Origin: Vezdaea acicularis
Lineage: Eukaryota
Assembly (NCBI GenBank): GCA_026025075.1
Contig: JAPEUI010000024.1
Span: 124,001 to 188,000 of the forward strand
Direction of reading: 5' to 3'
Length of the DNA stretch: 64,000 nt
Part shown: piece by piece, positions 12,711 through 25,371 of the stretch
Position numbering within the stretch: position 1 is the first letter of the stretch
How the letters are laid out: every line of letters starts with the position of its first letter
The notes under the pieces: generated by a model
What the model saw: only the letters and a program-made list of their open reading frames with translations
Database searches by the model: none
Told to the model about the DNA's origin: nothing
Program-made: the position numbers and the translations under genes

Positions 12711-14454
12711 ATGCAGTTCGTCTCCGATCATGTGTCAATCGCACAACTCGCTGCTTTCTCGGGCATTTCCCTCGTCCTCTTTCTGGCGGGCGGGGCGATC
12801 TACAGGCTGTACTTTAGCCCTCTAGCCAAGTTCCCTGGACCGAAGATCGCAGCGTTGACTTTGTGGTATGAGTGGTATTACGAAGTAATACATCGCGGTC
12901 GGTACTACAAGAAGATCGACGAAATGCACGACAGATATGGTATGTGGCGGCGGTGGACATTCTTCATGCTATGATCAAGATGCTAACATTTTGGTATGCA
13001 AGGCCCCATCGTGCGTATCAATCCATTTGAAGTGCATATTAAAGACAGCCACTACTATGACTATCTGTACAACCTCAAGCTGGAGAAGTACCCGTGGTCC
13101 GTGCGAGTGTTTGGGAACCCGGAGGCCGTCTTTGGTAGCCCCACCGTTGAAGCGCACCGAAGACGCCGTGCGGCCCTCAGCCCGTTTTTCTCCAAGAAAT
13201 CCGTCTTGAAGCTCGAGGATGTGATTGGGGCCGTCATTGAAAACTTTTCAAATCGCCTCGTGCAGTTCCAAAAGGCTCATGAACCGGTCCCGTTGACCTA
13301 TGGCTATGTCGCCGTCACGACCGATATCATCACCGAGTACTGCTTTGCTCGTTCTTACAATTTTGTCGACAAGCCGGACTTTGAACCGGAATGGCTTAAT
13401 ACGATGGTCGGCATCTCCGAGCTCGGGCACGTCATCAAGCAGTCCTATTGGATCTACAATTTCATGAACTCCTTGCCCGATAATGTTGTCGCCAAGATGA
13501 ACCCCGCAATGACCATGCTCATCAACCTCCGCAGGGTAAGTCAAACGTCAATGGGTTCGTCAGTTGCTCAGAGCTGATTTTTGCAGGATATAATAGACCA
13601 GATCAAGAGGGTCATGTCTGGTCACGACGATCTCTCATACAAGAAACATCCTACTGTCTTTCAGGAGGTGCTCGATTCGAACCTACCCGCATATGACAAG
13701 ACACTAGATCGCCTTGGACAGGAAGGCCAGCTCGTCATCGGCGCCGGCACTACAACGACCGCACACAGCCTCACGGTATCCACCTACCATCTCGCCAGCA
13801 ATCCCGCCATGTTCGCCAAACTCCGCACCGAGCTCGAAGAAGCCATCCCCAACCCCTCCGTCGTCCCCAAACTCTCCGACATCGAGCGCCTCCCGTACCT
13901 GACCGCCGTCGTGCAGGAAGGCCTGCGTCTCAGCTACGGGCTCGCAGGGCGCATGTCCCGCGTCTCGCCCAAAGAACCGATCGTGTATAAAGACTGGGTG
14001 ATCCCTGCCGGCGTTCCCGTCAGCCAGTCAATCCCCGATATCCACCACGACCCGGAGATCTTCCCCGACCCGCTCGCATTCAAGCCCGAGCGCTGGCTGC
14101 AACCGACGCTCAAGTCGGGCGAGAGGCTAGATAAGTACCTCTGCAGCTTCTCCAAAGGGCCACGCGCTTGTCTAGGAATCAAGTAAGTCCCCATCCCTCG
14201 CTGTTTTTGCAGCTACCCCACTCACATATCTTCGACGTAAACGTGCACGTATGCTAATTTCTCACCCCTTCTCCTTCTCTAGCCTCGCATACGCTGAGTT
14301 GTACATGGTCACCGCGACCATCTTCCGCCGCTTCGAGTTTGAGCTCTACGAGACCTCCATCGAGAACGTGTCCCTCGTGCACGACTTCATGATCCCGGCC
14401 CCCATCCAGGGAACCAAAGGCGTGCGCGTGCTTGTCAAGGACTCTATCCTCTGA
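12711..14454 (+). CDS. Cytochrome P450 monooxygenase (trichodiene oxygenase/CYP58-like appearance)
   Basis: Exons 12711-12939, 13003-13535, 13587-14182, 14283-14454. N-terminal [24 protein letters not shown]-helix AGTTTT, EGLR (ExxR), FKPERW, and heme loop [10 protein letters not shown]. Confidence 0.95.
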
Positions 14455-15059
14455 ATCTCTTCGCTAGGAAGGGGTCAACATATGGATTCGTGGGAAATAT
14501 ACATATACACTGAGACGCAGATCACGAGGTGATGCCCCTTGAACGACTCGACTGCAAGTTAAGATTTGTTAGCGTTGGGCGGCGTGGATCTTTTTTTTTC
14601 TTTTTTGGTTGAAGCATTTGGCGGGAGTGTGTGTGGATCGCTCTTGCTCCTTTTTGGGATTGCTGACACGGGGACGATTTTGGGGCTTGGGCAAGATTTG
14701 GAGAAGGATTGGGGCTAATGGAATAGATCCGCGGATACGTACCTCTCCCTTTGGAGACTCCGCGTTCGACGACGGCTTTCTTGGCAGGAGGAGATGCAGG
14801 TGCAGATGATGTCGAAATCAAATCAAACCAACGAAATAATATTTCTCGACTCGGTCTACACGCTCAAACTATACCGCCCTGTGAACTGAACTTCGCTAAC
14901 TGACAAAGATATATCCGCCACGGTGAAGTGAATCGCACGCTCAAGAAAATTGATACAGGGTGGCCCCCTTTCTCTTTCCGTCTTTGCCTCCTTGCCTCCC
15001 CCTCTCTCCTCTCTGGAGACGCCAGCTGACTGGCTGATTTGATAATTTGATAAACAAAC

Positions 15060-16475
15060 TCACTCCTGACTCCGCATCATCTCCTCCAGCGCCTCTTCCT
15101 CCTCCGCATCCGGCTCGAATTCATCCCCTTGTTTTCTGTCCACCGCCTTGTTCTTTCCTGCCGCCGAGTCATCTCCCTTTTCGAGCGGCTTCTCCTCTGC
15201 CTCTCCTTCTTTCGCGGTAGCGGCGGCGGCAGTGGCGGCGGAGGGCGTCTCCCCGGCTGCTTCCAAGACCCGCGTAACGGCTTTTACTTCGTTTGTGGTT
15301 GCGGGGGCGGCGGTGAGGGCCGGGACGGGGCTGGTTTTGTTGGTGGTGGTTTTGTCGGTGGAGGTGGACCGCGTGGGCGGACTATTCCCCAGACTCCAAT
15401 CGATCTCGGCCTCCTCGCCGTAGCGGCTCTTCAACCACTCATTCGTCTTGCGGAAATGTGCGCAATCGAACTGTGTAGCCCCGAACGCGAGTTAGTCAAC
15501 CACCCCTTAAAATAGCCAAAGGAAAGACGAAACAGCTACTCACAAAGCCCCTCGCAGCACTCAACGGACTCGGATGCGCCGACGCCAACACACAATGCCT
15601 CTTCTTATCCACCCTAGCGACCCTCTTCTGCGCCGGCGCTCCCCAAGCCAAAAAGACCACGCCGCCCCTCCGCTCCTTCTCCACCACCTCAATAACTCTT
15701 CCCGTAAACCTTTCCCAGCCGCGGCCCGCATGCGAATTCGCTTCGTGCGCGCGTACGGTTAGACAGGTGTTTAGCAGGAGGACGCCTTGCTCGGCCCAGG
15801 GGGTTAGGAGACCGCTGTTCTGTGGGGGAGGCCGGAAGGTGGGGTAGTCCCGTTGTAGACATTTGTACATGTTTTGCAGAGAGGGCGGGGCGCGGGTGGG
15901 GGGCAGGACGGAGAAGCAGAGGCCGTGGGCTTGGTTGACGTTGTGGTAGGGGTCTTGGCCTAGGATCACCGCTTTGGTGGTTGGGAGGGGGGTGTACCGG
16001 GACCTGAGGCGTTGGGGGGGGAGAGGTTAGTCTTTTGTGGTTGCTGTAGCTAGGGAGGGCGGAAGAGAGAAGAAAGGAGATAGACAAGCACATACCAAGA
16101 ATAAACATCCTCCTCCTTCGGAAACACCGTCTTCCCCTGTTCCTTCTCACGCTTCAAAAACCGCTTCAGTTCCAAAAACTCCCGATGGAGCAAATCCTCC
16201 TTCAAATGCGCCAACCAAGACGGATGCAGCGTCTCGATCTCCAAGGCCAGCAAATCCCTCTGCTCCGGCGAGAGACTCTTCACCCAGCTCTCTTTATCGA
16301 ACTTCTTCGCGGCCGCCGCGCCGCTGCCCGTACTACCAGCTGCTTTGCCGGTGGAAGACGATGTGATCTTGGGCGCCCCGAAGAACGAGGTGATGCTCCC
16401 GTCCGCTTTTGGCTTTTTCTCCGCACGCCCGCCGGGGCCGCCGGAGGGCAGTTTCCGTTTGAGCTCGGACGACAT
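15060..16475 (-). CDS. UNG1: Uracil-DNA glycosylase (family 1)
   Basis: Exons 16475-16096, 16003-15544, 15470-15060. Catalytic [25 protein letters not shown] and HPSPLS motifs. An in-frame upstream ATG exists at 16604. Confidence 0.96.
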
Positions 16476-16652
16476 GATCAAAGGTCCGCGTTGTCGTTGG
16501 GCAACTCCACCAGTGTTTCCCAGAGCGTTGGATCTCGTCAGAGGAAAGCAGATGCGGCCAGGAAAAATGAAGGAGGAGGTGCAAAGCAGTGGGCACTTCA
16601 GCATGCGTGCGGGCTATGGGGGAGGAAAGGAGATTCGGAGGCCTCGGGGCAG

Positions 16653-16696
16653 ACGCGTGCTTGCTTGCCTGGCGCGTCGATTACGTCGTTACGCGA
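16653..16696. promoter_or_regulatory. MCB-like (MBF) elements upstream of UNG1
   Basis: ACGCGT 16653-16658, GCGCGT 16672-16677, ACGCGA 16691-16696. Confidence 0.5.
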
Positions 16697-17290
16697 AGGC
16701 AAACTTTTTTGGATGGGCGGGCCGGGCAGGCGGGAAGAGTCTCCGGACGTCGGTGATAGGCTTGGCTCGGCTGGGAAGGCTGCCTGGTAGCTTGGTCGGA
16801 AGCCGGATAGGCCACGCGCAGGCCCGGCTTCGGAAGAGGAGAGGTTGGTGATATGTAGCTGTGCATATGATGCGGAGGGATTTCTCAGTGCGCCGGCATT
16901 TAGGGATGGGTAAATTGTTTAAGTATCATTGAAGTTTAACGTGCATGGTTCAAGTGAAGATCTCCTACTAGTGCCAAGATGTTACTCGTAAACGAGTCGT
17001 TTGGCCTCGATGGAGCCTTGATCGAATAGTCCATCTCCTCGCCCCTGATGCCATACCGTATGCGATGCTAGAGGCACATGCTCGTTCTAAACGCCAATGA
17101 TCCCGCCAACGATCTCGTCAGTGAGCCCACTAATTATCCCACGCCTCCCTAATGCAAGTAAGGGTATCTCCAGGATATTCCTCCAACGCCAAATATGCTT
17201 TGCCGATCTGTGATGAAGAAAAGACTGATACTGTCTGTACAAAAGGAAGGATAGAGCGATTCTGCTCCGCGGCGGACTGTTATACAAATT

Positions 17291-20200
17291 CTATAATGGT
17301 GGCGGCATGGCCCCAAAGCCTGGTTCTTGAGTGTCTGGTTTCATTGTGCCATTGAGCATAGGGCATAACCTAATAGTTGGCAACGACATGTTAGACTTTG
17401 TTTGGGAAGCTGAGGTACGATTGAAGATAGAACATAGAAAATGGGTTTAAACGCACTTTTTATTGGTTTTAATATGACCAACTTGGCCACAGTTGGCACA
17501 TTTTCTTGTAGTGCCGACGGCCTTCTGGTTGGACGCAGCTGGGGAGCCGTCTGACGCAGGAGACCCGGCATCACCGACCCCACTGATGAGGCCCTTTTGC
17601 TTATCTCGCGCAAGACGTCGGTCCTTGTTTCGAGACAGACGTTCGAGCTCTTTCTGAAGACTACGGCGGAGGGAAAGATAGTTAGCAAGTGTCGCACAAG
17701 AGATGACGTGCAGTGCATCACATACGCTTTCTGATTACGCTTGTCCTTCTCGGCGTCTCCTGTCAGAGTGATCTTAGAATAGCTAGAAGAGGAAAAGTTA
17801 GCATCGCTCTGAGGATTGCGGACTGACGAGATCGTTAATCGGGACGTACTCAAGGTTGTTCATCTCCATCGCTTCGCGTCGCCTTATATATTCTCTGATG
17901 ACCTTGGGATTTCGTACAATCTCCTCCATTGGCTCCGTCTTGCCATGGCTCGTCTTCTGCATACGCTTGATCCGCAAGACCTTGCCACGTTGACTGCCTT
18001 GGCTGAAGCTTGAGAACTGCGTGCCCGTCTCATCATCACCGTGGTGCGGAGTGGGGCCAGGAGTAGCAGCTTGGGAACGGGATCGGCTATGGCCAGCTTC
18101 GTTACCTTCCGCATGAATGTCGTCCATATCAAGACCCTCAAGCTCAACGTCGGCGGAAAGGCTTGCTTTCTGGGCACCCCAGATCCGCTGAATTGTATCT
18201 TCGTAAGCTTTGTTCTGGGCTGCAACGTTGTAGTTATGTCCGTTGTTCTTAGCATTAAGCCTGTCTTCTACCGATTCTCCAAGAGGTTTGAAACCGCCCT
18301 TCATGGAAACCTTTAAGAAGCTGAAACCTAAACCACTTCCGGTTGGATCACCTTCGCCGTGCAGCTGCAGCATGGTCTTCCCTTGGGTCGCGCCGATGAA
18401 ATTCTTGGTAGTGTTCCAAGGTGCTAGTTGCTCCTCAAGACTATCGCCCTCTTTGGCTTCGTCATCTTCAATGTCGTTGTCTTTTGCATAGCCTGCATCT
18501 TGAAGATGGCGCAATCCAACCTGCATCGAATCGATAAGGCACACGTCTTCAGGCTTGATCATATTGCGTATAGCATCCCCCGGAGGGGGTAGATCTTTTG
18601 GATCCGCGGACCACCACTTGTTATCCTTGTCATAAGTTAAGAATTCTTTCAGCTTTTGGCGGTTTTGCATATCTGTGCTGTCTCGGATATGTCGTGTAAT
18701 GTCTTCTATCCGCACACCCTGCATGTTGTTCTTGTAGATCTGGCGATATGCAATCATCTTCATACGGTTCTTCTGCGCTGTCGTCACTTTTCGTGAATGC
18801 GTCCCAGGAACTTCGGTAAAGGGAAACTCCTGCCCAGCAATGTAAAGGTGATCTATGTTACGCATTGTGTATTGCTTGCCGTGTACGCCGGTCGAACTTC
18901 GGATTACCAAAAAATCTGTCGACTTGGGGGTATGCTTATATAGTGGAGCCCGATACATACTGTTGTAGAGCGTGGGGACAATTTCACCAGGATCGACTGT
19001 ACCAAAATTGTCAAACGGACTCTTGTCATGCGGAAATAATATCTTTGTCTCGCCGAGCTCATACTTCGGTGTCTCTGTATCTGTGGCATTCTTCTTACGG
19101 TAGTAATTGATCAAGCGGTTGCCCATACCAACGTTCGAAATTACCGTAGGATGCTCTTCTGAATATTCCAGAAGAACCACGTGCGAGTTGTCACCAAGGG
19201 TGAGGCTATGAGAATCGTCGAATACCTCTTGAATGTCCTTGCCTTTCCGGTGCTTGTTTTTGATCCTCTTTGGAGGCTGGAAGAAGACCTTTCCATGCGC
19301 CGCAAACTCCATCGAGGGTCTGTGAAACGACCGTGCCTCTTTAGTGTTTAGTTCCACCTTATAGAACGGATACTGCAGCTTGAGTGCTGGCAAGCTGTGT
19401 TTTACAGTAAGAGTACCTAGATCGCTCCGGACTTTGCTCTGGTGGCTTTTTGTAAGAGTGTCATAGGCAGAGTCGTTGGACAAGTTGTACCGCGAAGAAA
19501 TGTCCTTAACGACATTGGGCGCCATGGCTTGTCGCAAATTGTCGAAAGGCCGCTTCCTGTTATTTACCTGACTAGGCTCAATAGTCTCAAAGAGGAGATC
19601 AGGATCGCTTGGATCGAGAATCACTCTTCGTGCGAGCTTGGCAGTTGCAGCGAGGGGGTCGTCAAAAGATGGAACTTCTCGAGCTGGACGCAGGTAGAAG
19701 CTGGCATCAGGATGCGCCACTTTCCTCCGCTTTGGAGCGGAATCTTCAAGGGTCTTGTCCCAATCGTCTCCAAAGAGGTCGTCACTGGGAGAGCTTACAT
19801 CCTTGGATAATTCAGGCGGCGAATCCAAAGGTTCCAATGTCTCGAATTCCCAGTCTTGGCAAATGAGCTGCATTTCCTCCCAACTAACTCCTCCAACTTC
19901 CTCGTACATTTTATCCTCGAGTTCCATATCATCTTCGTCGCTGTCTTGCCCCGAATCTTCCTCAATGAACGCCACCAAGCCTTTTTGCTCTGCTTCAATA
20001 CTACGTTCAAGCGCCGTTAATTTGGCGAAGCTTGGAGCTCTAAAAGCTTTGGCTTGATCCGGGGCAAGGTCAAGATGTATCTTCGTTGGCTGAAAAGGCT
20101 TCGGGGGCTTTAGAGGTGTTTTACCGATATAATATGCTGGCCTCGTTGGGAAGAGGCTTTGAAACTTTGGTACCATGTCAGGTCGAAATGTAGGCCACAT

Positions 20201-20761
20201 TGCTTTGAAAACCTCTTCTTCGTTTTCAGGTGGTGCGGGCGGGTTATCTGGATCAAGCAGCAAGTGGAGACCGTTGAGAACTCGAGCCTGTTCGTAATCG
20301 AAGGCATCAGGATTGGTGGCGCCAGAGGTCGGGAACCCTGCGCCATGAACTTCTCTGTCTGGGACGGTGTCTGAAGAGTGAGGGCGTGTCTCCTCATCTT
20401 CGAAGTCAAATGACATGTCCACGCCAGCCGGTCCCCCAGGTGCATCATCTCCAAATAAGTCGTCTAAGTCTTGCTCATTGGTACCGCCCACCCCTAATAT
20501 CGCGTCAAGGTCGTTATCCGTGGGCAAACCTCCATTTGTCGCCTTGTTTGCGCTCTGGACTGGCGCGTCCTCATCATCAGCGAGATCATCGTCGTCGATA
20601 TCTTCATAGTCGACTGCATCGGCTGCTTTAACAGTGTTGTTTGCATTTTCTTTGCTCAAGAGGTCGTTGAGTGCTTCTGGATCGTTAAGCAGAGTATTAA
20701 TGAGATCATCGTCTTGCGCGTTCCCGCTCGCCTTGCTAGCCTTGTCCGTTTGGCCGGCCAT
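17291..20761 (-). CDS. TAF1: Transcription initiation factor TFIID subunit 1 (Taf1)
   Basis: Exons about 20761-17850, 17782-17726, 17660-17457, 17368-17291. TAND-like DAVDYEDIDDDDLADDE, DUF3591 core (LEYSEEHP..GMGNRLINYYRK; LAPWNTTKNF..LHGEGDPTGSGLGFSFLK), and C-terminal Zn knuckle RKCANCGQVGHIKTNKK|LCP. Confidence 0.96.
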
Positions 20762-22716
20762 CGTAAGTGGCTGTTGCTAGACTGTTTGTAAGTTTTGTGC
20801 CTGTATAGGTGTCGAGGCGGCCGAGGAGGCTCGTGCTGTTGAAGGGCTCTGCGCGCAAGTGAGGGCACACTCTTCGAATCCTCACAGCGCGCAGCTTGTC
20901 TTGAATGCTCATCTGAAGCATTCACTGTCGCCGTGCCACGTGAGAAGTGATTTGATATGGCTCGGTGCAAGATAAAGGGTGCCCTACTCTCTTTGTGGAG
21001 GTGAAGCTGGTTGAAGGAGGATGATGTATGAACACAAAGGCGTTGCCAAGCCTTTTTCTGACCAGGGACCTTACGCTAAGAACGCGCTAGCCGGTCTCTG
21101 TCTTATATGAAAGGACAATGACTTTCTGCGTGGCTTGTCCAGAAGCAAGACGCCTTCTGAATGGTGATACACTACTGGCTTCTTGAGGCCTTCTCGAGCA
21201 CGCTCATCCATTACATGCCTTTCCAACCTTGAAAAGGGTCATGACGAAACCTTCGTACATATTTAAAGTCGGTGCTTTATACTATTTTTGATGTTTCATT
21301 TCGTCACTCACTTATCTCAATATTCTGGGCTTTGAGCTTCGACTCTTGAAGTCTGGAACTGTTTGTTGGACAGAAAGGCTCTCTGCACTCTAGTGCTGGA
21401 GAGTCGATTGGCGCTATCTTTTCCAACTTTAAGAAACATCCTGAAAAGTGTTGACAACAGAATTTCGAAGCCTTCGTACAATCTTCGTGAATTTCCCCTC
21501 GAACTAAGACCTTCCTTGTAGACTACTTCTTGCTACAGTATAGCTATATGCTACAAGGTTTAGACGTCAATACGATGCCAACGACATTAGATTGCATCTG
21601 GGTTGAGGCATGTCGCTGATATTCTTCTTTGCCCCGGAACCTATGCACAATCAAAAGACATGAATAGAGACGTGTGCACGTCTATCTTGTCGATTGTATT
21701 GTCATACCGAGACAACTATCATTCTCCAAATTACTATGTTAAAGCTGCACGTAATGCTAGAACTATCAGTTCATTTGTTCTTCTATGACCTAGGATATCT
21801 CCTGTCTGATCCTGAAGATCTCTGAGTCCAACTTGTCTCTTGGTCGGACTCACGAGTCCACTCGGACGCTTCACGAACCCTCCCGATACATATGATTATC
21901 AGCTCATAGCTGTGATCTCCCGTCCGAGTCGATTCCTGTTCAAGAACCCTCCTTGGACCCTCTCGTCCAACAGCTTAAGTAGACTGCGACTGTCACTATC
22001 CTAGGCTCCGAGCACTTAGGATACCGTCCAGGCGCCTCTAGCTACTCTCTTCTTCCATCGGACCTTCGAATACTCAGGAGCTCTCCAGTCTCCCCCCAGG
22101 CAAAACTGCTCAACCCGCCACTAAAACCCTCCCTTAACCGGGCCTAGACCAGCTCTATCCCCCTTTCCCCCTTTCAGCCAACTAGTCGACTCAATTCAGC
22201 TCTTTCCAATATAAAGCTTCCATGACACAATCATGACTTCCTGGTTGAACGACGAAAAAACTCAACGTCACCTGATATCGCCCTGATACCACCTGATGTA
22301 GCACTTTTCTCGTCCCACTTATCAAGAAACAGGAGGTCCCCCGAGGAATACTTCAGTCTAGAGAACGGATCTTGCTCGGATGCGAAAAGGCTCGGTTCAC
22401 GGGATCACACAAGGTGTGTAAGTTCTGCTGTCCGAGTGTTCGATTGTGTCACAGCTCCTGCTTGAGCTTTAGAAGGTCTCCTATTTGGATGCGGTTCTTG
22501 CTTGTGGTTTCGTTGGTGGTTGGACTGTCCGTGAATGGCGATCAGAGGATGTTTTTTCAAGCTCTAGAGCTACGTTTGAACACCAGACGACCCGCGCGAT
22601 ATAACAGTAGTATACATCCTAGACGCCCTGAGTGCTCCTCTCCATGATGCGAAACTCCCTGAGATGCCTAGCTGGAAAAACCCGCCTTCACAACATGACA
22701 CTGACACTCTACTCCA

Positions 22717-23916
22717 CTACCCATTCTCCTGAACGTCCTCCCCGAAATAGGCACAGATGGCCTTGCTCGCCCCGTCTACACAGTAATGCACGACATCTAC
22801 GCTGCCCTGATCCCCCACCAAGTGCGCCAGCTGTCTCAAATCGCTTGTCCGAGGGAGGTACAAGCTCACACTCCTGCCTTCCCCCCTAAAAGCATCCCAT
22901 AACGTGCTCAGCCCGTACGGTTGCATGCCCTCGAGATCAAACACCTCCTCATCGCGGTATCCTGGGCCTCCCCACGGCGGACTGCCGAAAATAGCTGTGC
23001 CCTTACCATCCGTACCCACACCGTCCCCATCTCCGTCTCCGGCCCCCTCTCCATCTTCCACCTCACCACTCCTCTTAAGCAAATTCCCCAAGATCCTGAA
23101 ACAGTCGCCCTCAATCCACACGATCTTGTCCTTTACGCCGTAGATGGCGGCGTTGTGCATGGCGCAGGCGAGCACGGCGGGGTCGCGCTCGATGGCGAGG
23201 ATTTTGGCCCAGCGCCCGGAGAGCGCAAAGGCGATTGTGTTGCCGCCGGCGCCGCAGAAGGCGTCGATTAGTGTTGTAGTTGTGGCGGGGGTGGAGTCGG
23301 CGAGATGGGCGGCGATTTTGCTGGAGGGAGTGTTAGAGGAGTCGGTGAGGTTGATGGTAAGGGGAGGGATGGGAGATGGGGGGCATACACCGCTACAGGC
23401 TCAGGCGTGATACCAAACCAGGCGTCGTCTGTCATCATGATGCCCTCGTCGTATTTGGAGAAGATGCGGTAGCGCTGTTCCCAGTATCTAGAAACAAGGG
23501 TAGCGGGTGAGCAACTATTTTAGAGGAAAATCTGACGTGTTGAGCCAGGTGGGTTAAACGTACTTCCTGACCGCAAAAGGCATGTCGCCGTCAAACCGAT
23601 CATGGGCGGTATAGTGGCGGCATTCCGGCGGCAGCATAACTTCATCCTCGTCGGACACTTTGACTTGGAGCTGAGGCGTTCCATCTTCTATGGCCTGTGC
23701 CGCTACATCGAATTGCTGGGGCTCGCCCTGATGGGGCTGGTCGTCGTCGTGGGCGGCTTGGGTGAACCCATTGGTCCCGTTATGCTCGGATTCGGCATTC
23801 ACGCTTGGCTTGTTCTCCTCATAGGGCGCGTTGATCGTGGCATTGGCTCCTGCCCTGGTCTTTCCTTCTGCTCTGAGGGCTGCTTTGAGTTTCTGCCGTC
23901 GTCTCTTCTTGGTCAT
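22717..23916 (-). CDS. TGS1: Trimethylguanosine synthase
   Basis: Exons 23916-23564, 23487-23389, 23320-22717. KYWEQRYRIFSKYDEGI..DAWFGITPEPVA, IDAFCGAGGNTIAFA, FGSPPWGGPGY and YLPRTSDLRQL. Confidence 0.95.
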
Positions 23917-24345
23917 GGTTGGGTTCAAGATTGAAGGCTGGATTGGGCATGGTATAAAGACTCGGATGCAGTTGCCGAACTCAGAACCATGAAAAACGGG
24001 CATCATAGCAACCATTCAATGCAGTTCTTCGACTTTATTATTGACAGCAGTTCAATTTGCATTTAATTATTACTTGCATGATTTGGGAAAGATTAACTTA
24101 ATACGGTTGATTTTCTTACTGACGTTCTTGTATCAAATACACACGGCCGTCACATTTCCTTCGTCATTCATCGAACGAAAGCTATGGAAAGCGTGGAACT
24201 CCCCTTGAGCAAAGCCCCTTGACGGCAAAGCTCGTCAATAGCAAAGCCCTAAACCGTCCATTGCTCCAATCGCTATGCCAGACAATATCAAACACCCCAA
24301 GTTGGAAGGAAAGGAACATGATAGCTCTGCTCCGAAGTAGACACT

Positions 24346-25371
24346 TTAGGGAAGGCTCAATTCTTGCCCCACATCGAGAGTCACGACGTCCGTCCCAGTG
24401 CCTTTTCGAGGATCGCGAGTCAGTGACTTGATCTCCTCTGCTGTATATTTTAGGACTCGCTCTTTCCCCGCTATTACCCCCCCAAGCTCTTTATCCTCGT
24501 CATGAGCACTAATCCACGTCTGTGCCATCAAGTTCTGCGCAATCTCCGTTCCACCTGGTGACCCAGCACTGACGGTTCCACCGAGATACCAAGGGTTCTC
24601 AACTCGGTCGAATGGGTGAAGGAGCACATTCAAGGGCAATGCCGCTTCACTGACGAGATGAGATGAGGCGTAAGACTTTATGTGGGGGTAGGAGACGCCA
24701 TGAGGCGAGTATATCACAGATATAGAGCGGTCCATCCTGCTTGAAATCGAAGAAGTGGAAGCCTTGGACGAAGCCGCTGACTGCGGTCGCCTTAGTCCAT
24801 ACTGGCTCATGAACTGTGGTGTCGCGCGCGGTGGCCGGTAGGTTATGCCGACAGCAGAGTGTAAGCCAGTCAAGTCTCGCTTTGCGGGAATGAATGAGAT
24901 CGTGACCTCTCCCGCAACCCCAGTGGGACCGAATGGGGGTATTCTAAAACGGCGCACACACTTCCCATTGCGCTCATCCCATTTCTCGAAAGGCTGCACT
25001 TGCTCAGGACTGAAATATTTCCAGCTCCGGATTCTCTTAGCTGCCGATGGCTCTGCTAAGATTATCGTGGACATTCGATCGGGTTGTAATTGGCGTAATG
25101 TCAGTTCATGACAGTGATCAGGCTTGTCCTGGCTGACAATGACCACATCCGGCTCTGGAATGTCTTGGAGGGATTCGACGCATGAAGGGACGCTATGCTT
25201 TTGGATGGAGAACTTGGATGAGTAAACGGTGGATGCCCCGGACAGCCAGGGATCTAGAAGGATGGAGAATGATCCTGGGGTACTGCCGGGAGAGGGGGGA
25301 AAGTCGAAGGCTGGTCGGAAAGTGAGAAGGAAAGTCGAGTCTGCATTGAGGTGCTTCACGACCAAGGACAT
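24346..25371 (-). CDS. Metallo-beta-lactamase-fold protein, conserved fungal type
   Basis: Intronless ORF from MSLVVKHLNADSTFLL, with ILLDPWL, PDVVIVSQDKPDHCHELTL (degenerate HxHxDH), YSPHG and WISAHDE. Confidence 0.8.
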   Translation of the reverse strand: MSLVVKHLNADSTFLLTFRPAFDFPPSPGSTPGSFSILLDPWLSGASTVYSSKFSIQKHSVPSCVESLQDIPEPDVVIVSQDKPDHCHELTLRQLQPDRMSTIILAEPSAAKRIRSWKYFSPEQVQPFEKWDERNGKCVRRFRIPPFGPTGVAGEVTISFIPAKRDLTGLHSAVGITYRPPRATPQFMSQYGLRRPQSAASSKASTSSISSRMDRSISVIYSPHGVSYPHIKSYASSHLVSEAALPLNVLLHPFDRVENPWYLGGTVSAGSPGGTEIAQNLMAQTWISAHDEDKELGGVIAGKERVLKYTAEEIKSLTRDPRKGTGTDVVTLDVGQELSLP

